64,000 nucleotides of DNA from a virus: positions 1 to 64,000 of the IMG/VR virus record IMGVR_UViG_3300013136_000003; one strand, 5' to 3'. A model generated the notes under the pieces. The model saw only the letters and a list, made by a program, of their open reading frames with translations, made no database searches and was not told where the DNA came from. Positions within the stretch are counted from its first letter, which is position 1; the number at the start of each line of letters is the position of its first letter. Below are positions 56,827 to 64,000 of the stretch, one piece after another. The position numbers were made by a program, and so were the translations under genes.

Positions 56827-57213
56827 TCAGTCGTTGGAACCTTCCCACCTCACGTGGCCGTTGCCGACCACTTCCAAGCGGACGGCGTACTCTATGTCGT
56901 TGTAACCGCAGGTCACGGTGTTGCCCCGCACGTCGAATACTTCCATGGGTACCGAGTGCTGAAGGTCGCGAGCGTAAACGTCTATGAACTGACCGACTCG
57001 CGGAGCTTTAGCTCTCAGCTTTGGGCTGGTGGCCGTGACGACAGGGTCGCGGGGCAAGCTCCTCAGCTCCGACTCTTCCGCGTTGATGGCTGCTTCTATG
57101 TCAGCCACGATGCTGTCCAAGTTGGCGATGTCGAATTCCTGGTGCTGGATCCCCTCGCAACGGTCAAGGATCGCGTCCTTGATCCTCTGCTTGGTCTTTT
57201 CTGAAAAGTTCAA
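56827..57213 (-). CDS. Early hypothetical protein
   Basis: TTG start after early promoter at 57228-57264. Confidence 0.6.
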   Translation of the reverse strand: MNFSEKTKQRIKDAILDRCEGIQHQEFDIANLDSIVADIEAAINAEESELRSLPRDPVVTATSPKLRAKAPRVGQFIDVYARDLQHSVPMEVFDVRGNTVTCGYNDIEYAVRLEVVGNGHVRWEGSND

Positions 57214-57565
57214 GTTGTTCGATTTGATAAGGTAAAAGTAACCAATCCAGCTGAAAGGAAAAAACTCCGCGCGCAGCCGCTTCAACGTGACGCCCGCGCC
57301 GCCTGCCTTAAGCTAAAGCTTAAGGGCAGGCCAAGGTTACTGAAGTAGAACCTTTGGTTGGCGCCCTACCGGCCGCCAACTGATGAGTAGCCGGTTGGAC
57401 GGACTGGTTGGACAGGTTGGACTGGCCGTTCGGTACTCGTGCGAGAGAAGGGTAGTAGTAACGTTGTTGTAGCAATTGAAAACTTGTTGCCCTCATTCGG
57501 TAATAAATAACAGAGACCGACAACTCCGCCATAGAGCGGCCTAACTAATTGAAACCTAACTACCT

Positions 57566-57871
57566 ATGAGAGAACCAGTCGATAGCATGAAGGAACGAGT
57601 ACTGGCGGTCCTATCCAAAGCTGGACGCAACAAGCGCCAGATCAACAGGACGTTGGACAAGCTGGAAAGAGAGATAAGACAGCAGACAGGAGAGAAGGAC
57701 AAGGAATGGACGGAGGAATACTACCTTTACCTTTTAGAAACGTACGCGCGGGCGATAGAGGCTGCAATACCGATCGCCGTGAAGCGTGAGGAGTACGAGT
57801 GGGCTGAGATACTGACCGAGCGCAAAGCCAACGTTGAGTCCACGATCGATCTCATGTCCGTGGAAAAGTAA
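57566..57871 (+). CDS. Hypothetical protein with UVR-like motif
   Basis: AVKREEYEWAEIL. Confidence 0.6.
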   Translation: MREPVDSMKERVLAVLSKAGRNKRQINRTLDKLEREIRQQTGEKDKEWTEEYYLYLLETYARAIEAAIPIAVKREEYEWAEILTERKANVESTIDLMSVEK

Positions 57872-57877
57872 GCAGAA

Positions 57878-57912
57878 TTTTTTCCTTTCGCGGATTCGTG
57901 GTACTTTAGCTT
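57878..57912 (+). promoter_or_regulatory. Early promoter motif TTTTTTCCT(G/T)(T/A)C-N12-TA(C/T/A)(T/A)TT(A/T)(G/A); representative copy
   Basis: Nine copies: + 57878, 58392, 59931, 61644, 62279, 63519; - 56453, 56826, 57264; 24 nt from first T to the TA element in every copy counted. Confidence 0.85.
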
Positions 57913-57925
57913 AAAATCAAACGAC

Positions 57926-58129
57926 ATGCTGAACTTATTAATCACAATCGCGATCATTGCCCTCGGGCTCAACATGCTGAGGTTCCTCTTCGGAGCCGGT
58001 TACATAATCGTCAAGGGTGAAGCCAACGGAAAGAAGGTTGGACGCTGGTTCCAGCTATTAAACCTCCTCGAAGCTACAGCTATCGTAGCTGCGTACGTGA
58101 TCCTAATCGTAACCTACTATTCCAAGTAA
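57926..58129 (+). CDS. Small early membrane protein
   Basis: Two hydrophobic helices; early promoter upstream. Confidence 0.6.
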   Translation: MLNLLITIAIIALGLNMLRFLFGAGYIIVKGEANGKKVGRWFQLLNLLEATAIVAAYVILIVTYYSK

Positions 58130-58130
58130 C

Positions 58131-58388
58131 GTGAGAAAGAAGAAACTGTACGCAGTCCTTTCCTTCGCAAGGATAGGCTGCTTTCGTGGGTTCGCGAGTG
58201 GGTTCACGAAAACTCAGGCCGGAAGGATCGCTTTCGACGAAAGTTTCAACGGCCACAGACTCGTGCTCGTGATACCGGACGAGGACATGCGAAAAGTACC
58301 GAGCAAGATGATCGAATCAAGTTACTGGCAGCTGTCCACCGACACGACCGACCTGCAGCAGGTTATAGACGGGTTGAACCAGTTTTAA
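58131..58388 (+). CDS. Early hypothetical protein
   Basis: GTG start right after the upstream stop. Confidence 0.55.
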   Translation: MRKKKLYAVLSFARIGCFRGFASGFTKTQAGRIAFDESFNGHRLVLVIPDEDMRKVPSKMIESSYWQLSTDTTDLQQVIDGLNQF

Positions 58389-58444
58389 CCGTTTTTTCCT
58401 GTCAGAAATTCTGGTTACTTTAGCTTAAACATAAAAACAACAAC

Positions 58445-58678
58445 ATGAAAAAGATTCTCTTTGCAATCCTTGCCCTTGCTCTGGTCGCTACCGTAGCGAC
58501 GAGCTGCTGCCCGAATTCCTGCGAAGCCAACACGGTTCCTGAGCCAGGACCCGCGCCGACCACGATGTACCTCGTCGCTGAGGGTCCGGACTTTAAGGTC
58601 TATTTCTCGCAAGTAAGCGGCCGTAATGTTTACGTGATTACTCGGACCGGCGGAGGAGTCGGTATCTCAGCGAACTAA
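58445..58678 (+). CDS. Small early lipoprotein
   Basis: MKKILFAILALALVATVATS-C. Confidence 0.65.
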   Translation: MKKILFAILALALVATVATSCCPNSCEANTVPEPGPAPTTMYLVAEGPDFKVYFSQVSGRNVYVITRTGGGVGISAN

Positions 58679-58679
58679 C

Positions 58680-58853
58680 ATGAGAGCGAAAAGAAACAAG
58701 CGCTACTGCAAGAAAAGGCCGGCCGTCTCGTCCAAGCTGGCCAAAGTACCGGCCGGCCTGGACTGGGGCGTGCAGGACAGGAACGTCAGTACTCTTCGCA
58801 ACTTGGAAAAATCCATAGCGAGTGAGGCCGAATTCAAGCAAACTGAAGTATAA
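58680..58853 (+). CDS. Small basic protein (57 aa, below ORF-track cutoff)
   Basis: MRAKRNKRYCKKRP...FKQTEV*; fills gap. Confidence 0.5.
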   Translation: MRAKRNKRYCKKRPAVSSKLAKVPAGLDWGVQDRNVSTLRNLEKSIASEAEFKQTEV

Positions 58854-58876
58854 TACCGACCTAACACATTCGAACC

Positions 58877-59131
58877 ATGAAATACCCAGCCAGACTCCTT
58901 TACTTCTTCGGCTTGTTAGTCTCGACTTACGTCGTTCTTCCGGCCGTTTTCTTCGTCTTCCAGTTGATTTACCTTATGTGGAACCTGCATTGGATCCCCA
59001 AGGGCAAGATGAAGTGCGTGACGAAGGGCTGGCAAGAGGTTCAGATCGGCGGCTTGCCCGGCTTTCCGGACAAGGTCTACGCCAACCCGTACCATTACCT
59101 AATCAGAAAAGAAAAAGTAAATGAAGAGTAA
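58877..59131 (+). CDS. Small membrane protein
   Basis: N-terminal TM. Confidence 0.6.
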   Translation: MKYPARLLYFFGLLVSTYVVLPAVFFVFQLIYLMWNLHWIPKGKMKCVTKGWQEVQIGGLPGFPDKVYANPYHYLIRKEKVNEE

Positions 59132-59396
59132 AGTGCTAGCGGCTCTAGCCGCGTTCATCATCGTGATCCTAGTTGGGCTCGTGATAGGTCGGTTAATAAT
59201 CCAATCGGACCTGAAGGAAGCTTCCGACCAGATGCTCGGAAAGACCGTCGTTCTTGACGGTCAGTGCTACACGATTACTGACCATTCGCGCGATTCGAAA
59301 ACTTGGACCCTGTCGAACGGGGCGACCATCAGCTGGGAACTGCTCAAGAACTTGAAAAGGTACGATGCGTGCTCTGAAGAAAACTCGAAAAAGTAA
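59121..59396 (+). CDS. Small membrane-anchored protein
   Basis: N-terminal TM; overlap with upstream gene. Confidence 0.6.
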   Translation: MKSKVLAALAAFIIVILVGLVIGRLIIQSDLKEASDQMLGKTVVLDGQCYTITDHSRDSKTWTLSNGATISWELLKNLKRYDACSEENSKK

Positions 59397-59428
59397 AACT
59401 TATTACTGACCGATTGTAAGATAGAACC

Positions 59429-59647
59429 ATGGAAGAAAAAACTAAAAACTTAAGGCGCAACGATCCGGAATACATCGAGATCAAGGCACACAAGCTGAGC
59501 TACAACGACGGTATTCGTCGGTTATTTCTCAACCTGCCGAACTGAAAACAGCTCTCGCGAGCTACCGGAATTCTGAACGTGCCGACCGACCTGGACGACA
59601 GGCTCAGGGTTCAAGCCGACCTGAAGAGAAAATACGGCAAGAAGTAA
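59429..59647 (+). pseudogene. 72-codon ORF interrupted by an in-frame TGA at 59543
   Basis: MEEKTKNL...FLNLPN*KQLSRATG...RKYGKK*; promoter motif upstream. Confidence 0.5.
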
Positions 59648-59666
59648 TTAAAACCAATACTGACAA

Positions 59667-59924
59667 ATGAAGAAACTGCAGACTGCAACGGTCCTGCCGC
59701 AAGCGCCGGCACCCGTGAACGAACGGCCGGAAGGCATGAGCTTTGAGGACTACAAGAAGCTGAGGAAAGAGACCAACAAAACCATACGGGACAGAGTGAA
59801 GAAGGGGTTCCTTGTGTTCCTCTCGAATGAGATCCTGCTTGACGACATGAAGAGACCGACCGGCATGAAGTACCGCCACGGAAAGACCTTCGTCGGTAAT
59901 ACCAAGTTCCTGCAACTGGTTTAA
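59667..59924 (+). CDS. Hypothetical protein
   Basis: ERPEGMSFEDYKKLRKE motif. Confidence 0.65.
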   Translation: MKKLQTATVLPQAPAPVNERPEGMSFEDYKKLRKETNKTIRDRVKKGFLVFLSNEILLDDMKRPTGMKYRHGKTFVGNTKFLQLV

Positions 59925-59969
59925 ACCCCATTTTTTCCTTTCGCGAATTTGTGGTACATTAGCTTTAAC

Positions 59970-60186
59970 AAATTCAGTTAACCAACTCAGCACGACCATG
60001 AAAAGAATCTAAAGAAATTCAAGAAGCGAAAACCAACCGTAAAGTCCTATAGAGGGGCCGAGACCGGAGACCGCGGTAAGTCTGTCGGCTGACTCTCGGA
60101 TCGCGAGGCGGCAATGGTTGCTAGCTGGGCATTCCGGCCCAACGGAAAGCTGGTAAAAAAGCCGGGTCCAAAAGGTCCGGCTTTTT
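59970..60186 (+). ncRNA. Candidate early small RNA
   Basis: Early promoter at 59931, only a 4-codon ORF (MKRI), GC-rich stems, terminator at 60155-60186. Confidence 0.45.
60155..60186 (+). terminator. Rho-independent terminator
   Basis: AAAAAAGCCGG...CCGGCTTTTT. Confidence 0.75.
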
Positions 60187-60243
60187 CGTTTTCAAAACTT
60201 TTCGAGAACCTGTCGTAGAATATACAAAACAACAAAACTTCAA

Positions 60244-60510
60244 ATGGAAAAACCGTTGCTAGATCCAAAGACCGTGGCTAAGAACCAGGTCAAGATCGCT
60301 TTACTGTCGGTATTCGGCGGAATCCTAATCTCCTTTCTGCTCGCGTTTCCTATCAAGTGGCTTTGGAACTGGCTGGTTCCTGGCCTGTTTGCCGGCCCAG
60401 AAATATCTGCTATCCAGGCATGGGGATTGACCTTCCTGACTCGCATGATAATACCGACCAACGTGACGTTGACGGAACCAAAGAAGGACGATAAAAATAA
60501 TCCAAGGTAA
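60244..60510 (+). CDS. Small membrane protein
   Basis: PIKWLWNWLVPGLF...ISAIQAWGL. Confidence 0.7.
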   Translation: MEKPLLDPKTVAKNQVKIALLSVFGGILISFLLAFPIKWLWNWLVPGLFAGPEISAIQAWGLTFLTRMIIPTNVTLTEPKKDDKNNPR

Positions 60511-60792
60511 ATGCCAACGTACGACAACCAACCAGCAGCAAGCACCCAAACTTTTTTGAGTTCGATAGAATCTCGAATCAGAGAAGCTAGCATTCACATG
60601 CAGGAAAATAACGCTGACCTTTGCAACAAGATCAACGAGATCTTCGGAGCCGAGCCGGCCAACAAGCTGAGCGAAACCGAAAAAGCTCCGCAGCCGAACT
60701 GTGCAGCTGACGCGATAAACGCGAGAATGACCGAACTGTTCGACCAGATCGACAGAGTTAGGTACGAAATCAACAGACTTTCACGAGTATAA
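60511..60792 (+). CDS. Hypothetical coiled-coil protein
   Basis: ORF directly after upstream stop. Confidence 0.6.
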   Translation: MPTYDNQPAASTQTFLSSIESRIREASIHMQENNADLCNKINEIFGAEPANKLSETEKAPQPNCAADAINARMTELFDQIDRVRYEINRLSRV

Positions 60793-60813
60793 ACCATTCA
60801 ATATCAATCAAGT

Positions 60814-61050
60814 ATGAGCACAGACAACCAAGCAAAAGTCGGTATGAAGTACCGCAAGCTGAACGTTGCCGCTAAACGGGCGGTAATCAAATCGAGACAG
60901 AGACGCTACGATCGCGCGAAGATCGCCAGCGCTCTGGGTTACAATGAAGTCTACGTCGGTAACGTGATCAACGGCCACTACCCGAACGAGAGGATCGTCA
61001 ACTACGCGTACAACATGGTCCGCAGCAGGAAGAAGAACTCTGACCGTTAA
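60814..61050 (+). CDS. Small basic HTH DNA-binding protein
   Basis: RAKIASALGYNEVYVGNVING helix-turn-helix pattern. Confidence 0.6.
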   Translation: MSTDNQAKVGMKYRKLNVAAKRAVIKSRQRRYDRAKIASALGYNEVYVGNVINGHYPNERIVNYAYNMVRSRKKNSDR

Positions 61051-61180
61051 TTCGGAATACTGATCGCTCGAAAGAGCGGTCTTTTAAGGCCGGCACCTTT
61101 GCCTGCCAGTGACAGGGGCCAACCGCTTGGGCCCCTTGCCTCGTTTAATTGGTAAGATAGTACCGAAGAAATAGATAACT

Positions 61181-61429
61181 ATGTACTCAATTGCCGTATA
61201 CCATAATGGGCGCGAGGTCGTCTACCAGGAACTAGAGAACGCTGACTCTCACAACGACGTGAAGTACGTTCTTAGCAACCTGCTAGAAATTGATAAACCG
61301 GAAGACGGTTTCGAATACGCGGTATTCAGGGGCGGAAAGGAATACTGGAACCCTACCCAGGTACTGAAGGAGATGAAGGGGTTCAGCCCAACAAAATATC
61401 TCATGAATCCCTATGCCGAACAAAGGTGA
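61181..61429 (+). CDS. Hypothetical protein
   Basis: ORF. Confidence 0.6.
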   Translation: MYSIAVYHNGREVVYQELENADSHNDVKYVLSNLLEIDKPEDGFEYAVFRGGKEYWNPTQVLKEMKGFSPTKYLMNPYAEQR

Positions 61430-61664
61430 TAGACAGAGAATGACCACCTTAAAGTTCTTCAAGCGGCTGAAGAAATACTGCTTGCTCGAGGATTTTAGGA
61501 AGGGTAAAGGTAACTTCTTCGTTTTCAAATCGACCGGATCGCCGTGCAGCTGTGAAGCTTGCGCAGGAAAGAAGTACTCAAGAAAGATCAAGCACAAGGA
61601 CCAAGAATTACCGATCAGCAACCAAGGTAAAATTCCAAAGAAATTTTTTCCTGACAAGAGATAG
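61413..61664 (+). CDS. Small basic Cys-motif protein
   Basis: STGSPCSCEAC. Confidence 0.55.
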   Translation: MPNKGDRQRMTTLKFFKRLKKYCLLEDFRKGKGNFFVFKSTGSPCSCEACAGKKYSRKIKHKDQELPISNQGKIPKKFFPDKR

Positions 61665-61692
61665 TGGTAAATTAGCTTCAAATTCTAACGGT

Positions 61693-61866
61693 ATGTCCGA
61701 CTTAAAACAAGTCCTAATGAACCGGGACGGAATGTCCTCGGAAGAAGCTGATTCAGCCATCAGCGATATGCGGGAAAGAGTTCTCGAAGGAGAGGATCCC
61801 GAAGAGATACTGATGGACGATTACGGTCTCGAACCGGATTACGTGTTCGACATCATAACTTTCTGA
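61693..61866 (+). CDS. Small conserved phage protein
   Basis: LKQVLMNRDGMS..EA...DPEEIL...GLEPDY; start after early promoter at 61644. Confidence 0.65.
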   Translation: MSDLKQVLMNRDGMSSEEADSAISDMRERVLEGEDPEEILMDDYGLEPDYVFDIITF

Positions 61867-61868
61867 CC

Positions 61869-62105
61869 GTGGCTATAGGTTGGTCAGCTGTCAGAGACCG
61901 TCACGCGAGCGGTAACACGGAACTTGGTAAAGTCTGGCTGAGAACCGACCGAGCTGGTCTGGTTACCGGCGTTTACACGCTGTTCGGCCGGACGAGAAAG
62001 TACGTTCCAAAACCGGAAGAGAGCTGGACAGTAGAAGACGGTAAAGTCGTCGCTGAGCTAGCTCTTGAGGACGCGATAGCTTTTAGAGAAAGGTTTCCAA
62101 ATTAA
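61869..62105 (+). CDS. Hypothetical protein
   Basis: GTG start. Confidence 0.5.
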   Translation: MAIGWSAVRDRHASGNTELGKVWLRTDRAGLVTGVYTLFGRTRKYVPKPEESWTVEDGKVVAELALEDAIAFRERFPN

Positions 62106-62117
62106 AAACAGACAACA

Positions 62118-62273
62118 ATGGCACTAGCATTTTTCTTAACATTAGTCCTTGCCTTCGTGGCAGGGTGGGCAGTAGGCGCGATCTTCGGATTCGGAGCAGG
62201 ACCGGCATGGCGTCGGTACAAGAAGAGCATCATCGAGGAGTACGAGAACTCTAAAAATCAACAGCCCAAGTAA
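62118..62273 (+). CDS. Small membrane peptide (51 aa)
   Basis: MALAFFLTLVLAFVAGWAVG...; below ORF-track cutoff. Confidence 0.5.
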   Translation: MALAFFLTLVLAFVAGWAVGAIFGFGAGPAWRRYKKSIIEEYENSKNQQPK

Positions 62274-62334
62274 TTCGATTTTTTCCTGTCGTCAGTTTTG
62301 GGTACTTTAGCTTTACATCAATGAAGCTACTCGT

Positions 62335-62640
62335 ATGCAAACCACCCAGTCGACTGCCAACTGCGCTTACAGTTTACCTAAGCCCGATGCTTGGAAAAGG
62401 CGCGACAACTCGATCCTACTCGATGTAAACACCGGAAATTACAGGGTTCACAACCGAACTCGTGGAAGACTTCGTCTCTACCTTGGATCTTTCCAAGATG
62501 GAGACTTTTTTATCACTGTGCCGACGATCAAGGCGGTCCCTTTTGAAACCGATCAGATGATTCGCGAGATAGTGAGAGAAGCAATTGTTGATCTTAACTA
62601 CGTGAGAGTGGAACTAGCAAGAAGGAAATTAGCAAGATGA
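62335..62640 (+). CDS. Early hypothetical protein
   Basis: Early promoter at 62279. Confidence 0.6.
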   Translation: MQTTQSTANCAYSLPKPDAWKRRDNSILLDVNTGNYRVHNRTRGRLRLYLGSFQDGDFFITVPTIKAVPFETDQMIREIVREAIVDLNYVRVELARRKLAR

Positions 62641-63518
62641 AACAACTGAAGATCTCAAGGTTACTGACGGATTCTGAGAAGACCGAAACTTTGAACCGTT
62701 ACTTGAAGGACGTTAAGGAGCTTAGTTTCGCGCTGACCGCGGAAGAAGAAGCTAGCTTGGCGAGAAGGATAAGAGCAGGAGACAGAACAGCTCTCAACGA
62801 GCTGGTCAACTCCAACCTCCGGTTCGTGATAAGCGTAGCAAACCAGTACAGCGCGTACGCTTCGCTTGAGGACTTGATAAACGAGGGCAACCTCGGCCTG
62901 ATCAAGGCTGCTGAAAGGTTTGACGAATCAAGAGGAGTGAAGTTCATATCCTACGCTGTCTGGTGGGTAAGGGACAGCATCGTTCGTTACGTGGCTCAAG
63001 TCCACCCGATCGTCAGAGTACCGTTCGTAAAGAGCAACGACTCTTTCAAGTACCGAACGGCTGAACGCTTGCTCGAGCAAGCTTTCGAAAGAAAACCGAC
63101 CGTGTCAGAGATAGCAGAATCCCTGAGCTTGATCTCAGGAAAGAAGTACTCTGACTCGTACGTTGAAGTACTGGCGGAGACGGCAAACCAGGCCAGAGTC
63201 TCGATAACCGACGCGTTCGACTTCGAGCTGGAGCTAGATACCGACGTCGAAGGAGCGGTCAGTATTCCAGAACCAGCGGAAGAGACCAGCCCGCAGGTTA
63301 CCGTTCGTCGCGAGCTGCTCAACAGCTTGAAGAAGTTGGACGATCGTGAACGTTACATCGTGACAGAGTTCTTCGGCCTAGCTGGAGAAGCCAAGACCTT
63401 GGAACAGATAGGTCAGTACTTGGGAATATCAAGGGAACGAGTTCGCCAGCTGAGAAACGAGACTCTTCTCAAGCTGAGAGAGACGGTCAGCGAAGAGTTC
63501 AGGTTCTTTGAATCCTAA
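62637..63518 (+). CDS. RpoD/SigA-family sigma-70 factor (short form lacking region 1.1)
   Basis: NLRFVISVANQY, DLINEGNLGLIKAAERFD..RGVKFISYAVWW, TLEQIGQYLGISRERVRQL. Confidence 0.92.
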   Translation: MKQLKISRLLTDSEKTETLNRYLKDVKELSFALTAEEEASLARRIRAGDRTALNELVNSNLRFVISVANQYSAYASLEDLINEGNLGLIKAAERFDESRGVKFISYAVWWVRDSIVRYVAQVHPIVRVPFVKSNDSFKYRTAERLLEQAFERKPTVSEIAESLSLISGKKYSDSYVEVLAETANQARVSITDAFDFELELDTDVEGAVSIPEPAEETSPQVTVRRELLNSLKKLDDRERYIVTEFFGLAGEAKTLEQIGQYLGISRERVRQLRNETLLKLRETVSEEFRFFES

Positions 63519-63573
63519 TTTTTTCCTTTCGAGTAATAGTCTTATATTTGCCCTATCAATCAACTATAAAGCT

Positions 63574-63759
63574 ATGATAGAAAAAGTTCGCGATTTTTTC
63601 AGAGAGCGCTACGCTCACGTAAATTTTCAGGCCATCAGCGATGCCACCATCGAGGAATTCATGAGCCGCTCCTACATCAAGGACCGTGCCTTCGAGAGCC
63701 AGATGGACCTCCTCTACGACATGATCCTGGCCAACGACATGGCGGAGGTGGAAGAATGA
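63574..63759 (+). CDS. Early hypothetical protein
   Basis: ATG after early promoter at 63519. Confidence 0.6.
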   Translation: MIEKVRDFFRERYAHVNFQAISDATIEEFMSRSYIKDRAFESQMDLLYDMILANDMAEVEE

Positions 63760-63962
63760 GCCTCATCGACGAAGCGGGAGCCAAGTCTCTGATGACCTGG
63801 CTCCCGACCCGCGGGATGGACCCGGTGGAAGTGACCATCACGAAGGGCGAGGAAACCCTGACCCTCACGGTCACGAAGGATTCCGACCTGGCAATGCTAA
63901 AGATACTGTGCGCTCAGAACGGCGCGAAACTTGAAACAATGGAATTAGTGTCAGCTAACTAA
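63756..63962 (+). CDS. Early hypothetical protein
   Basis: ATGA overlap. Confidence 0.55.
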   Translation: MSLIDEAGAKSLMTWLPTRGMDPVEVTITKGEETLTLTVTKDSDLAMLKILCAQNGAKLETMELVSAN

Positions 63963-64000
63963 AAATGAAAACATGAAATGGATCCCGTTCGTCGGCATCT

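Noticed and set aside
57370-57450. Hammerhead ribozyme at CTGATGAG and nearby GGTTGGAC x3 repeats
   Set aside because: No GAAA following the stem II candidate; repeats too short to interpret
1-64000. Genome-wide stop codon reassignment
   Set aside because: Long genes are intact in code 11 and TAA, TAG and TGA all terminate genes with tight coupling to the next start

Overview
This window is part of a large T4-like (myovirus, probably jumbo) phage genome read in the standard genetic code. The host is probably Bacteroidota, based on DUF3127- and DUF4494-like genes, a short RpoD-type sigma factor, TAnnTTTG-like -7 promoter elements and a tmRNA tag resuming at Gly. Bases 1-33 kb are mostly late/structural genes: a Gly-Ser-Ser repeat fibre, a double glycosyltransferase, gp15/gp6/gp26/gp51-like tail and baseplate proteins, the small and large terminase, PhoH, an ECF sigma factor, a tmRNA and many putative internal head proteins. 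Bases 33-54 kb hold DNA and nucleotide metabolism genes (ligase, SSB, NADAR, DHH, DEDD exonuclease, split ThyA, PD-(D/E)XK nuclease), two of the three GIY-YIG homing endonucleases, more putative internal head proteins and a ~415-nt highly structured non-coding RNA. Bases 54-64 kb are a GC-richer early region of small ORFs driven by nine copies of a fixed-spacing promoter, with an iteron-like 23-bp array and an RpoD-like sigma factor. The most notable candidates are: (1) the unassigned multi-pseudoknot ncRNA at 42440-42855; (2) about a dozen proteins, including enzymes, with a T4 capsid-targeting-like leader; (3) a Ser-rich fibre next to a GT4 + TibC-like O-heptosyltransferase; (4) two likely programmed frameshifts; (5) hairpin-plus-late-promoter switches on the homing endonucleases. 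All family assignments come from motif recognition by eye; no database searches were run.
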